Source of the DNA: Amoebidium appalachense
Taxonomy: Eukaryota; Protista; Ichthyosporea
Assembly: GCA_963693365.1 (NCBI GenBank)
Contig: CAVNZM010000016.1
Span: forward strand, 4,707,149-4,771,148
Direction of reading: 5' to 3'
DNA length: 64,000 nt
Shown piece by piece: positions 33,846 through 64,000 of the stretch. The stretch's first letter is position 1; each line of letters begins with the position of its first letter. The notes under the pieces are model-generated. The model was not told where the DNA came from and made no database searches. It saw nothing but the letters and a program-made list of their open reading frames with translations. Both the position numbers and the translations under genes were made by a program.

Positions 33846-34918
33846 CGTGGGCTACACACGGACAACACAAGAGAAGGAGCTTACGAAGAAGCGGATGGGG
33901 CACTGGACGTGGAGGGGGATGGGTGTGTGTGCGTGTGGGGGGGGGGGGGAGGGGGGGGGGGACGGAGGGGGGATGGGGACGGGGAGGGGGGGAGGGGGGG
34001 AATGAGTTACAAAGTGGAGGGGGAGCAGGGGGGGGGGGAGAGGGGGGGGGGGGGATGAGTTACAAAGTGGAGGGGGAGGGAGGGGGGAGGGGGGGGGAAG
34101 AATGAGTTACAAAGTGGGAGGGGGAGGAGGGGGGGAGGGGGGGGGGGGGGGGGGGGGTTAAAATGTGTTCCAGAGCACGAAATGCACAATCATGACGGGT
34201 AACATAGTACAGAATGGAAAGCACACAAAGAGTGAAAGGGGAGGGGGGGAGGGGGTGGCGGGGGGGAGGAAAGAGAGATAGAGAGCGAAAAAGAGAGAGG
34301 GGGGAGAGGGCAGGAGGAGGAAGAGGGGAGGGGGGAGGGGGGGACTTACGTTGCCCACAGTGCTCTGAACAATCCCATCCACCATCTCGGAACACAAAAC
34401 ACTCTGCTTTCCAAACGCAAGATCGATCCAATGAGTAGACACATCCACGCTCTTACTTGGGTACGGGCTGTTATCGGCAATTATCGAAGCAAAACCCTCG
34501 TTAAGAGCGGCTTCCATGATTGGCCAATCTTCCGTGCAATCTTCCATGCGTTTCCGCGCGGCTGCGTACCACGTGTTTGCGAAATCCGTAAATTCGGTCA
34601 AATCAGCCGGAATCGGTTGGTTATTGAAAAGCGCGACGCTCAGAACACGTAACTGCTTGTCTAGGCGGCCGGGGAGTATCCCATACCCGCACATTTCCAA
34701 AATTCCGACAAATTCCTTTTTCAGACACTGAAGTTCCTTTCGTGTCATGTGCGCGCAGTTGCGCGGGATCATGATCATGTCGTATGCGGAATTTTCTGGT
34801 GACTTGTAGCAAATGAAGCTCATGGTTTGGTCGTTCTGCTCCAATCCGAGGTGCTTGTGCATGCCTCCCTCCCGCCACGCGTTGAGAAGCGACTCGGATG
34901 TGTCCTTTTTTTGATTGT

Positions 34919-34977
<59 letters not shown>

Positions 34978-35927
34978 GGGGGGAGGGGGGGAGAGAGAGA
35001 GAGGGGGGTTAGTTGAAATGTGTTTCATAGCACACAGTGCCAAACAACACACAACGAGTGTTGCTGTTGGTAGTGACAGCAACTGAACACATAGACACAC
35101 TTTGACAAAAATGCATCCCCAGGGGGCAAACGGGGGGAGGGGGAGGGGGGTTGGGGGGGGGGGGGGGGGGGGGGTAGAGGAGACAGGGGAGGCCTCAATG
35201 CCCTATGGGTGAGAGAGAAAAAAACGGTGCTTAAGTCGGTCAGTGTGTGTGTGTGTGTGTGTGTCTGTGTGTGGGTGTGCACGCGCGTGTGTGCGTGACG
35301 CGTGCGCGCGAGTGTGTACGTGTGTGTGTGTTTGTGTGTGCATGTGTGTGTGTATGCATGTTGGGTGTGTGTGTGTGTAAGGGGGGGGGGGGGGGGGGGG
35401 GAGTGTTACCTGCATGGCCTGTCGATTAATTGATCTTATCCGCAGGGCAGCGCACGGGTAGGAGAGCACATCGACTGTGACGGTGGTGTTGTGGCTGTGC
35501 ATGGTGCGGCTGGTGAGGGGGCTTGCCTGGTAGCATGCAAACCGCTTCTTGACGGCCTGAAAAAAAGGGGGGGGGGGGGGGGGGGAGGGGGGAGGGGTGG
35601 GAGGGTCGATGGGTGAGTGGTCATTTTTTTTTTTTTTTTTGTGGGGAGGGGGGGTAAGAGTGTAATACGGAGTAAGTAGTAGGCATGCATGGCAGACAAC
35701 ACAACACAAATTATTGCAGAGCACACACAAAGAGCATGTACTATAAGCGCCGGGGCGGGAGGGGGGGGAGGGGAGGGGGTCAGTTCAAAAGATGTTTGGT
35801 GAGGATTAGACGAGGGGCAAACAACAGCTATGGGAAGAGGGAAAGAGAGAAGAAACGAAAGGTACAAGTTCAGAGAGGCCGAAGTCATCACATTGAAAAA
35901 GGGGGAAGGCAAAGAGAGAAAAGGTTG

Positions 35928-36001
<74 letters not shown>

Positions 36002-36132
36002 AGGGGGGATGGGATGGGAGAGTGCGAGTGAGTATTGCCCTGTTTTCGCATGACCGCCAGAGGTGTACAGGCAGAGGTGTGTGATCTTCTCAACTTCGCT
36101 GTGAGCAAGTTGCAACATAGAAAGAAACCAAG

Positions 36133-36168
<36 letters not shown>

Positions 36169-37579
36169 TTATGAAAAACAAAAATGAAGGGGAAAAAAAA
36201 AGAAAAAAAAAAAGAAAAGAAATAGAAGAAAGGGGGGGGGGGGGGGGGGGGGGGGGTGAGAGGGGGAAATACCTGATAGTGACGATGTTCAAGTACCGAC
36301 GCGCCAGTCCCACTTCTGTCCGTATTCGATGCAATGTAGATGCCAGGGAACCCATCACAGAACTCCAACAGGTCAACAATAGTGTTGCGGGTGATGATCT
36401 GGGCCTCATGTGCCTTCTCAATCACTACTGCATGCCCCTCACAGTAAGGGTAGGGAGGATACTGAATGAAGAATTTTCTCCCGTTCAAGTCCAACTCATA
36501 AGCGCGGAGGGTTGGTTTCACGTCAGAATCAACGTTTTCGAAGCAGATGACACACTTTGCAGCTTCTGTCATGTTCCGAGGACGCGCCTGGCCTGCTACG
36601 AGCTCGGGCTTGCTCAGATTGAACGTTACCTGTGTATTTTTTGTATTTTTTGTATTTTTATGAGGTGCATATGTGCAGGATGGTGTGTGTGCATAGTGTA
36701 GGAGAGGTGCGTGTGGACCATCGTGTGCGTGTGCGTGAGTGCCTGCGTGCCTGCGTGTGTGCATGGGTTGTGTGTGTGTGGTGTGGGATGTGCATTAAGT
36801 AGGTTGGTCAGATGAATTGGTGGAGGATGATGGCATTCGAATGGGCATGTTGCCCTAGCTAAGTGGGTTGAGTAGACCTCCCGAAGGGACTGGTTCTGTG
36901 TTGTGTTCGTGTTTGCAGGTGTGTGGTGTTGTGTACCGTGTGTGATTGTTTAATCCTTTCCTCGTATGTCGTGTTGTTCTCGTTGTTTTTGTGTTGTTAG
37001 GAAAGATTTGTGGGGTTTAAGATGGGGCGAAGGTTGGGGAGGGGGGGGGGGGGGGTAGGCAAGATCTCAATTGAGCACATGTGGTATTGTGGATGTAAGC
37101 AATGATGCAATGTGCGTGTAAGCAATGTGCGTTTATGCAATATTCGTCTCAGAGGACATGCCTAGGGTGTGACTGTGGGGAGTAGAAGCATATCTGCCTG
37201 TTTGAAATTATGGTCTCGCACGAAAGCTGGTGTATGTGGGTGGTTAGGACTCGGTGGTTGCCTTATTTGAGTGCAGCGGGCATGTTATACGCACGCGCTA
37301 TGCGCGCGTGCACGCGCACAAACACACACACACACACGCACACACACACACACACACCTGCAGGGGTGCGTTGAACAAGTTCACGCTGGACTCCTCAAAC
37401 ACAACATCCAGAGCCAGCCTCTCGGGTGAGATGTATCCCGACTGCACACTCCAGTCGTAGATGAACTGCCACACAGCTAAGGGTCCCTTTTCCTTGTGCA
37501 CTTTCGCTGCCACCTCCTGGAAGTCATGTTGGTGCATGCCTGCACTTTCTTTCAGAGCGGCTGGCAAGTCAAGCCCCAT
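33549..37579 (-). CDS. galT: Galactose-1-phosphate uridylyltransferase, class II (bacterial type), five exons
   Basis: Exons 37358-37579, 36273-36629, 35410-35556, 34349-34903, 33549-33572 splice in frame. Class II motifs: [66 protein letters not shown] (bacterial counterparts ITINLSKPE, QYSPY.Y..EH, GSNAD..GGSIL.H.HYQ, IKKENIGLIEVMGLAILPGRL). Confidence 0.88.
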
Positions 37580-38397
37580 GTTGAATGTAGTAGCTAAGTT
37601 GGAATGGATGGTCGTTGGGAAGTACTACAAAGAGCTCGAGAGCACTTTTGAATGCAGCAAAAGCAAGCTTGTGGCCAACTTGCTTTGAACACTTTTTTCG
37701 AGTTTTGTTTTTCTTTTGGACAGAGGGGGTAACCGTTCTTGATGGTATGGAAAAATGAGTTTGAACGGCTTACGTGATTGGTGGTAAAATACATGAACCA
37801 TATATGGTAAGTACAATAGGTTTTCGGATTGGTCGCTCAAACCGAAGGAATTTTCAAAGTGGTGCTCCATCGTCCAATCACTGTGAAGCTGTAACTTCTT
37901 TGTACATCTTCGACGTTGAAGTTGACTCGAACCTTCCAAGTTCCAACAGACTCTGTGCTGACTGTGCATCACGATGATACATAGTGTACCGTAGCTGAGT
38001 GAACAGAGTGATACCGTGAAAGCGTGTCGTGTGTTAAGGCAATTGAGCTATAGCTGCCTACCGATTTGGCGTATTTGTGGCGGGGGTACGCAAGAATAAC
38101 CTTAAATATTATACCATGTGCATCACCACATGTACACAGGGTCTCATGTTGTTACTCAGGCCTAGGTTGTGTTGCAAATGGTAGTCCTTGTAGGCGGCCG
38201 TGTATGCGCCCCGGATCCTCACGCAAGGCAAGCCTTTCGTGGATAGACAAGTGTTTGCTGAAAGATGCGTGACAGCATCCTCGGTTTGATTATGAGGAGG
38301 TCACACGGCCTAGGCACCAGATGTATGATGCCGGGGCGATCACCACCGTTGGCCGATGGCCAAGCCAACTTGTGATTCGGTACCCCATCAGCATCTG

Positions 38398-38480
38398 TGC
38401 TGTCAAGGTTCTGCACTGCTTTATGACATAAAGGCAATGCTGTCAAGGTTCTGCACTGCTTTATGACATAAAGGCAATGC
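38398..38480 (+). repeat. Perfect 40-bp tandem duplication
   Basis: TGCTGTCAAGGTTCTGCACTGCTTTATGACATAAAGGCAA twice. Confidence 0.9.
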
Positions 38481-38685
38481 CTAATGTTTTTCGTACGGAA
38501 AACTTAACTAGGTAAATATAAAAGTGCTAAGTCAACAACAGCAACTGCACTTGCTTATCTGGTTTTGTGGCCATGGCCACGTGCACTCTGCACAGCTGAT
38601 GGTACTATAGCTACGGTAATGCACGGTGCAACGTGTTTGTGTTTGTGCGTGTGTGTCACGGGCCGGGTGTCTGTGTGTGTTCATA

Positions 38686-38720
<35 letters not shown>

Positions 38721-38735
38721 GTGTGGGTGTGTGTA

Positions 38736-38775
<40 letters not shown>

Positions 38776-38822
38776 ACGGTGTGTTTGTGTTTGTGGCACG
38801 GTGTGTTCGTGCCACTGTGTGT

Positions 38823-38865
<43 letters not shown>

Positions 38866-39021
38866 TGTGTGTGTGTGTGTGTCACGGTGCGTGTGTGTCA
38901 GACTCTGTGTGTATTCTTCTTTCTTTCTTTCTAGATCTTTCTTTCTTTCTCAAGTTCCAAAGTCTTTCTTTTTTTTCTTTCTTTCTTTCTTTCTTTTTTC
39001 CCCCTTTTTTGTTGGGTTGGG

Positions 39022-39064
<43 letters not shown>

Positions 39065-39598
39065 GGGGAGCAGGGAGTTGGGGAGAAGCAAATTTTTGTT
39101 ACTCTTAGGTTTGTTTTACAGTTAGTCAGCACTGAAATGATGTATGTCTCCAGTGTGTGTTGTCGCTATTCATGAGCTGGGGAAGGGAGGGCCCACGTGT
39201 GTGGTGTTTGTGTGTTATGGGGGGAGGGGGGAGGTGGAGGGGGGGGGGGGGGGGGGGGGCATGTGTGGGCACGTAAAAAACGTTGGTAATGATGGTGAGC
39301 GAGGTGCGTCCACATCCCTTTCTCTCTCTTGACCTCTCTCTCTCTCACACAGATCCTCCCTCCCCCCCCCCTCTCTCTCTCAGGTTCTCTAGATCTGCGC
39401 ATGTGTGTGTGTGGGCGAGCGCACGTACATTTCACAATGATGTGGCATGTGTGTTGTGTCTGTGTGTGTGTGCGCCAAGGTGTTGCTTGTGTGTGTACGC
39501 GTATGCGTGTACGCACACGTTTTGTGTTGTGTATGTGTGGGGTTGTGGGTGTTGTCACGCGCACGCGCCAGGGTCAAGTTGTTGTTGTTGTTGGGGGT

Positions 39599-39633
<35 letters not shown>

Positions 39634-40475
39634 ACTCGACATATATGCCAATAGAATTAGATAAGTTTACAGAGCCAGAACTGCGCACCAAATTCCTCTC
39701 CTGAGAGTTCCATAAAAAGAGCTCTAAAACCGTAGTTCACTAGGACTGCCAAAGACACAGACCAGAAAATCCAGGTCCTCACTAATAGAAAGATTCGTGT
39801 TCGCAAGTGCAATCAATTCCCTCCTGTCATTATGGATTCAGGACCAGATTCACAAGACCACTTCATGTGACCGTGCATATGAAGGGGGAAAAAAAAGCAG
39901 CTGCAAGAGCAACACCATTTTGCTTTGAGCTCGAGTGGAACTCCTCAAAGAAACAGGGGGAGGGAGGGTTTTGTCAATGAATAAATGACACTAGTATGAC
40001 CAGAATCATGTGGTTAATGATCAACAACTAAAAGCATCAATAGATGATCTCCACCGACTAAATTTAAATATTAAAACTTAACGTTATACTTGGGGGAAAT
40101 GGTTTTGTGTTGTGATAATGAAGGCCTATGCTGAACTTAAATGTGGATGAAACCAGAACAGACAAACTTTGGGCCTCACTTTTATGAGGTAAAGGAAGAT
40201 GATCAGGGTTTCCCATGCGTCACAAAACAAGCACAGGGCATGTGAGTGAGTGTGTGCAAAGTCATGCGTGTGTCTGTGTGCCACGGTGCGTGTGCGTGTG
40301 TGTGTGCGTGCGCGCACGCGCGCATGTGTGTATGTGTACGCGCGCACATATGTGAGTGTGCGGACAACTGTAGACGTGCGTGTATACATACGCGTGTGTT
40401 GCTGTGTGTGTGTTCACACACGGCGGTTGGTTGGAGAGGAAAGGAGAAGAAAAAAAGGAAGGAACAAGGACAAAG

Positions 40476-41502
40476 TTACATAGTCTGTGCCTGCTGGCTG
40501 GCCGAATTCGCCTTTGCTTTCTTTGCCGCCTTGTTCTTCCAATCCACCAGTCTCAACAATCCACCCATACCCAGTTTGTGCTTCTTCGTCCCCGCCTTCT
40601 CCCCTCCATGTTCCTTTTCTTTCCCTTCTTTCCCCTCCTTACCCTCATTATGTTCCCCCTTCTCCCCAACTGATTCGCCGCCCTTTTCACCGCTCCCACC
40701 GACAACGTCAGTATCCGATTTTTCCGCCCTTTCGCTCGTTTCCGACATTTTTTCCGCTAGCAGTTCGCCCCCAACCCCAAGCATATCCTTATTAACCCCT
40801 TCATGATAGGAAAACGGCCGCGGGCGAGGCGCCGGCCTAGGGGCGGGGACAGGTTGACTTCCCCTGAAATCCAACGAGCCGGATTCCTCCGACAAGTCTT
40901 CCGACTTGGGTTGTTGCGGGTTAAGGGGTACGGAAAGAGATCTCCCGGCTGAAGAACCCCCCCCATGGCCAGGTTGGGTTCAGACTGCCTGGGAACACGG
41001 CGGGGGGGTTTTGGAGGGGGTATGTCCCCGTTTTCGACGTGGGTGGAATCCTCTGAAGGAGGATGGACAGGGGAGAGGAGCGCGTTGGCGGTGGTGGTTG
41101 TGTTCTCCATACTTGAATACCTGTGGACAAAGAAAGAAAAAAAGGGAGAGGGCCGCGGGGGGGCAGGGAGGGGAGGTGGGGGGGGGTTGGTTAGAATGTG
41201 CCATGAACACGAAATACACATTCATACCGGACAACGTAATACAGAGTACAAGCCACACCTAAAGAGTAAGCACAGTAATAAGCAGAACCCATCCTTAGAG
41301 AGGGGGCGAATCATCCACGGTACCCGCGGTTTAGGAAGGGGAAGGGGTTAGACTGCATCATTTGAGTACGAAGTACACATGAACGGCGGATGTTTGCATT
41401 ATGAGCTCCAGGGGGAAGAGCGGGGGGGGGGGGGGGGGGGTTTAGGATGCCGTGAAGTGTGAAGTACGGAGATACGAAAGGGTGAACACGAACGTACAAC
41501 AA

Positions 41503-41550
<48 letters not shown>

Positions 41551-42335
41551 AAAAAAAAAAAAGAAAAAAAGACAAAAAACAACTAAAGTCGAACTTCCCT
41601 CAGAAGGCGGGGGGAAGGGGGGAGCGGCGGAGCGGGGGGAGGGGGGAGGGGGGAGGGGGGAGGGGGGTTTACGAGATAGCAGGAGTGACAACGAAACATT
41701 GAAGAAAACGAGGAGGTTTCGAGTTTCAAAATCAGTGCATGATGAACGTGTGCATGCACACCCAACCACATCATCTATGAATATGTTTGAATGCCCCCCC
41801 CCCCCCCCCCCCCCCCCCCACCTCACACCCCACCCCCCAGTTATGTACTTAAATACATTTCTCTCTCCCTCTACTCCCTTCTCGCCGACTTTCAAACCCC
41901 CCCCTCCCCCCGGGCTTTCGATCCGCCCACCCCCTCCCCGGCTCTCGACCCCCCCCCCCCCCCTCCCCCCCCCCCCCCCCCCCCCCCCCCCTGCCCCCCC
42001 CGTCCTCCCCTTTCCCCTAATAGTACCCATTTCTCCCTTTGTTTCTCTCGTTCAGTCCCACAAAAAATACACACCACACCCCAACAAAACACTGCAATGA
42101 CTGTCAAAACAAACAGGTTGCATCACACCGTGTGTGTGTGTGTTTGTGTGTTTGTCTGTTTGTGTGTGTGTGTGTGTATTTGTGTGTGTGTGTGTGTGTG
42201 TGTGTGTACTCGAGGGGGGGAGGGAGGGGAGGGGAGGGAGGGAGGGGGGACACAAATCCTTTGACATCCATACTCCCGTAGTGTGTGCATGTTCTTGTGT
42301 GCGTGTACATGTGCCTACATGTGTGTGGTATTGTA

Positions 42336-42400
<65 letters not shown>

Positions 42401-44193
42401 TGTGTTCATGCATGTGTGTATACACGGGATTGGGCGAGAAATGAGCGGGGGAGGAGGGAGGAAAAGAGGGGGGGGGGGGGGAGGGAACAGGGGACAGGGG
42501 ACAGGGGGAAAGACAACAATCCTTTCACACCCACACCGCCATGCACCGAACACACCTGCGCGCCGCCTTTTCCGGTCTGTCACGCGGGGCAGGCCGTGGG
42601 CCAGCCTCCAACGGAGAAGCAATCGTGGGACTCAACGGATCATCAACATTCAATGACATGGGTCGTGGTTTTGGTTTCGGTCTGACAGCCGGCACCACCG
42701 CGGCCCCAGCCCCACCGGTTCCCTCCAGCGAAGTCGTGCTTGTTTCTGGTTTCTCTTGCTTTGCTTGTTCTGGAACGGGCACCGCCTGCGTTTCGGGAAT
42801 CGCGTCAATGGAAGATGCAACGCTTGGCGTCGTGAGCGTTGGTGTGACTGCATCCTTAGGTGTGGTTGGACCAGGTGCGTGTGATGTATCATCGCTCACT
42901 GGTGTCTCTCGGGGGATGGAACTTGGTCTTGGTCGTTGTTGTGGGCGGGGTTTTGGCATCGGGGCAGGGGCAGGGGCTGTGGAGGAGAGGGGCTGCGCCG
43001 AGGGCGCCGACTGGGTGGGGGTGATGCGCTTTCCGGACATGGATGAAAATGTCTGACATAACCTGTTTGTAGGAATGGGGGAAATAAGAATGTGTTAGAG
43101 AGGGTAGCTGCTGGGGAAGGGAGGGGGGGAGGCAGGGGGGGGGGGGCTTGAGGGAGGGAGGAGGCTGAAGTAGTTATTATGATGATAACTGAACAGAGAT
43201 CCGGTTGATGAGTGTATTTCTTTCTTCGCGGGAGGAAAGGAGGGAGGGGGGAGGGGGGTGGGGGAAGAAGTTGCCTGGGATGGTCGAGGGCAAACGCTGT
43301 TAGAGTATACATACAATTGGAGTTGAAAAGTACAAGCATGTGCGGAAGAGAGTAGCCCGGGTAAACATGAAATAGCGGGGTGGGGAACTTGTTGGGGATG
43401 CAAGGAGACAGAGGGAGGCAGGGGGGAGGGGGGGGACGGGAAGGGGAGTGTGGTGAAGAAAAATTGGAACCAGGCTCAAACGCAAAGAGATGGTGTGTGC
43501 TATAGACCATGCCATCGTGTCAACAAGCGTCATTCGTATATCGGAGAAAGAGGACACAGGTGACATGATCGTTAAAGGCAATAGAAACCCATCAATCGTC
43601 GAAACAAGCAAATCAAATATGACACTCAAATGCCCGGCAGCTTACGTTTGAAGAAAAGCTGAATAACACCCGATTCCCAACACATACGAAAAAGAAAGCC
43701 AATTTCTCTCGAAAGCACTCTGACATGTAAAAACACCAAGTGGCAAGTGCAGACAGGATCATGCCACCAGGCACACATGATCAAAAATTCAAATTTTCGT
43801 AACAAGCCCACCCACCCACAACTCTTACCTCTCTCTGACTTCCTCGCTTATCTCCCCCTCCCCTGCCGCCTGCAGCGCTCTGCAGTCGACAACCAACGAT
43901 TGAAAACCCTCCCATCTTTTCTCCTGCGAGTCCACCTCAATCCTTTTCACAATAAGGTCGGCATCATCACTGCCAAATTTTAAGATCGCCAGAGCACCAA
44001 CAATTGCTTCTATGCTGCTTGCTTGTACAGATGCATGTTGTTCCGTTTCGCTTGCGTTCTGTGTCGAAAGAGATGTGGAACTGGTTTCTGGTTCGCTCGT
44101 GACACCGTGTGATTTTGCAGGTCTTGGCGCGGGTCTCGGTGCTACTTTAGGCCTTGGGGCTGGGCGAGGCGCGGGTTCAGGTACGGAATCCAT
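40476..44193 (-). CDS. Hypothetical proline-rich, largely disordered protein with repeated PAPRP/PKPRP motifs; three exons, one apparent frameshift near 40915
   Basis: Three high-complexity ORF blocks (~43830-44193, ~42557-43062, 40476-41121) joined by phase-compatible GT-AG sites and sharing the PxPRP motif. No recognisable domain. Confidence 0.65.
41190..41330 (-). mobile_element. Degenerate 3' fragment of subfamily B element
   Basis: Contains AATAAGCAGAACCCATCCTTAG and TCATCCACGGTACCCG. Further degenerate relatives at ~4089-4197, 6040-6125, 15895-15980, 17776-17858, 31165-31210, 34158-34235, 35660-35750 (all -) and 54375-54472, 56852-56882, 60330-60410 (all +). Confidence 0.6.
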
Positions 44194-44399
44194 ATTTACT
44201 TATGGAAAAAACCGTGGGGACAGGGTGGTGTGAGTGTGTGGTTCTGCGTGTGTTCTGCTGGTGTTTTTGGTGGTGGTGTCAATGGCGGTAGTGTTGGTGC
44301 TGGTGATAATGGTGTTGGTGACGGGTGTAAGGGCGAGTGGGGTTACGTGTAAAAGTTTATATATATAATACATATAATTATAGCACTGTGGAGTATAAG

Positions 44400-45150
44400 G
44401 CTTTCCTCCGGGCAAACTTCAACGGCAAAATGAGTGAGTATGCGGAGAAAGAGAAAGCTGCGATCTCGAAGGAAAGGTCCGGGTCACCAATGCACTGATC
44501 TTGGTCAAAAAGAAGCCCAAAAGAGGTATTGTTTTGCGGGATAAACGTAGATAGTAAACATGAAATGTTTTATGGGCTACTCATAAGAACATAGGCAGCC
44601 TTCTTGCACGACTATTTACTAGCTATCTAGCAACCCCAGGGCTCTTAAAAAACGGAAGGGGGGTGAAAACAGCAACTTCTTGCACACCGTGAGTCGGTTC
44701 TGACAGAGGGCTGGCGATCTGTGACGGTCAGATCTTGACGGTGGCCCCATGATCTTATCTCCGGACTGTGTATGTGTATACGAAAAAAAAGTATACTGAC
44801 CTTGTATGCGATATATGTTTACACATACTGTTTAGCTAAAAAGGCAGCTATTGCAGAGCAACAAATATATGGCTGTTTTTTCCTTAAACTTTTTCTTTAT
44901 GTTTACAGTATAGTAATCACCTTATTGTTGACACTTTGTAAAAATTGTGGTATGCGGAGTTTATCTTTAAAGGGCTTCGATTGGTCGAGCGTCCGGAAGC
45001 AACTTTTGTCCGATTGGCAGGCTTCTACATCCAATTAAAGCATTTTAATTTGTTACCATATATAGTTATGGCGCGCTGGAAAGGCCAATGATTGTTTACA
45101 TTGTGATCCGGCCGTTGAAATTCTCTTTCCTCGGAGCCTGATGAGGGGAA

Positions 45151-45182
<32 letters not shown>

Positions 45183-45593
45183 TATGCTGTTTCATAACAA
45201 CATGTATGTGAGCTGTGATGAGGTGTCGGCACCAAGGCCAATAGCAATTCCACCCAACAGATGTATGGATGCTCAACTAGATAGTTGTATGACAACCGGA
45301 GCCGCACAATGGAACCGGTTGTCACGGCGCGCACATGCCGTGCATGAGTGCAAGTCGAAAGTGTTTCGAACCCTTGCAATATGGCGCAGCCAGTCTCGAA
45401 ACTTAGGGTGATATAGGTACAAGGAACAAACGACTGCATACTCTTACTTGAAGTCTGGCTTGAGTACCTAATAGAGCTAATACCATTAATAGCTAGACTA
45501 ATACAGCCACATTTGCCGGCTTCTGGTTATGTTTTAGTGACTTTGTTCCTCCGAAGGGTTCACGCAAGTTCCGGACTTAATATACAACGAGCG
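44400..45593. promoter_or_regulatory. Probable divergent promoter between the proline-rich gene and GTF2H4, with paired CCAAT boxes
   Basis: Head-to-head start codons 1.4 kb apart. GATTGG at ~44979 and ~45012, GGCCAATG at ~45083. Largely free of microsatellites. Confidence 0.45.
45183..45258 (+). repeat. Dispersed ~75-bp repeat, inverted copy at ~57424-57499
   Basis: GTGAGCTGTGATGAGGTGTCGGCACCAAGGCCAA is matched by TTGGCCTTGGTGCCGACACCTCATCACAGCTCAC at ~57441-57474. Confidence 0.8.
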
Positions 45594-62523
<16,930 letters not shown>

Positions 62524-62677
62524 GTATGCCCCCCCCCCCCCCCCCCCCCCTCTCCACTCGCCCCTACTTCCCCCTCCCCCCCCCCCCCCCCCCTTCCCCA
62601 CACACACACACAGGCCAACCCAACCCACCCACACAGCACCACCACCACCACCACACACACACACACACACACACACC

Positions 62678-62790
<113 letters not shown>

Positions 62791-63141
62791 CCGGACACAC
62801 AACCAGGCACACAGCACCTACGCAAATTGAAAACTGTGCTACTGTACCTGTCGTAGTTTTCTTGGACGTTTTCTTAAATGGCTGATAGATACACACAGGC
62901 ACAGGTGCGATTATGCTTCCACCACTGCCACTATTACAAAGATAGGATATAACCACGAAAAAAAGAAAGGGAAATATAACGAAAGCCGCACCAGAAATCA
63001 TACAATTTCGTCTCCTCTTTTATGTTTCACACAGTATGTTACATTATTGAAGGATTACGTTGGTACAGGTCGTGAATGCAAGTGAGAAGAATAACTACCT
63101 TACATACAGATATACACATAGGTAGCTATACATGAAAACAT

Positions 63142-64000
63142 ATGGAAGCTAGTAATAGAGAACCAGATACAAGGAACGACAACACATTTACATTATCATC
63201 TAAACCTGTACCTATAGTTCCAGAATACAAATATCTTGGTGTTCCGGTTGATTCTGTTGGTGTTATGTTTCCCCATATGGTCGAAAAGAGGGTAGAGTTG
63301 GCTCGTAAGCGGTTAGCTTTCTTCTCGGCTAATATTTTTAAAGACACACCCCTCCATCCTTCTATTAGACTTACATTTATTCGCACTTTTGTCTTCCCGG
63401 CATGTGAATATGGTTTACCCCTTCTCGCCGCTTGGATCAAGAAAGAGAGAACTAGAGCGCTTAAACCCTTGGCAAATTTCCTTGAAGCAGAAGTTGCCTC
63501 CTTTCTATCTAACAACTGTTGTAAACCTGGGCCTGTAACGCTCTCGATATATGGTCTGGTCCCAATAGCTGCTAGAGTATCCTATCTCGCGCTGAAATTC
63601 AATAAGCACATAAGCCGCTTAAAGAAGTATTTGCCCTCCCACCCTCTCTTCTCTATCCGACCTGTCCCCTCCTCACCTCTCCCCTCTTTCCTCCCCTCTC
63701 TCTCCCCTTCTCCCCTGGGCACAAATACAAATAAACCCCGCAATAGTGTGTGTGTGACTTTGGACTGCCACTTACTTATTAAACATGTACACAATCACAA
63801 GATAATCACGCAATATAACAAATGGAAAAAGATACCACACGACACTAGACCCGATGAAAGCATACACCTTGAAAAACTAAGCCTTATGTCTCGTTTTATA
63901 TATACTGACCGCCTCAACCATATTGCCAAATATGGCACTCGCAAGTGTATAACACCTAAATACATATTACCTTCCTGTAGAACTGGTCTTTCTCTAGCTG
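63142..64000 (+). mobile_element. 5'-truncated non-LTR retrotransposon (C-terminal part of reverse transcriptase ORF) in a GTF2H4 intron
   Basis: Frame appears open to the window edge: ..KPVPIVPEYKYLGVPVD..RLTFIRTFVFPACEYG.. The YKYLG and PxxxYG motifs are typical of the LINE RT thumb region. No upstream YADD part is present. Confidence 0.8.

Noticed and set aside
30520-34349. Possible GalT-GPCR fusion, since the large GalT exon ends at a donor without a stop
   Set aside because: A good acceptor at 33572 gives an in-frame terminal exon PVTAACD-stop.
45216-45300. Box C/D snoRNA (GTGATGA)
   Set aside because: No box D or terminal stem found. It behaves as a dispersed repeat.
63126-63515. 129-aa minus-strand ORF
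   Set aside because: Antisense shadow of the plus-strand LINE RT frame.

Overview
Eukaryotic genomic DNA from an intron-rich organism, plausibly a unicellular holozoan or similar protist (inference only). Introns are filled with (CA/TG)n, (GCAC)n and long poly-C/poly-G tracts, so most ORFs in the supplied track are microsatellite noise. Manual exon reading supports five spliced genes. On the minus strand: a soluble adenylyl cyclase (ADCY10-like) with a STAND NTPase module (about 21.2 kb to beyond the left edge), a class C 7TM GPCR with apparent frameshifts, a bacterial-type class II galactose-1-phosphate uridylyltransferase carrying four introns, and an unknown proline-rich protein. On the plus strand: TFIIH p52 (GTF2H4/Tfb2), running off the right edge. 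Mobile DNA includes a 5'-truncated non-LTR retrotransposon, a foldback element and a MITE. The most striking observation is a family of intronic, host-sense-oriented repeats (three diverged subfamilies, about 20 copies, one a 453-bp tandem array). They share a covarying RNA structure with all three hammerhead core strands (GUH, GAAA, CUGANGA) in a non-canonical order, have palindromic loops, and end at a fixed point on a C-tract. This suggests a retrozyme-like element that integrates at poly-G/C tracts. Coordinates were read by eye and may be off by a few bases. Parts of the assembly look error-prone.
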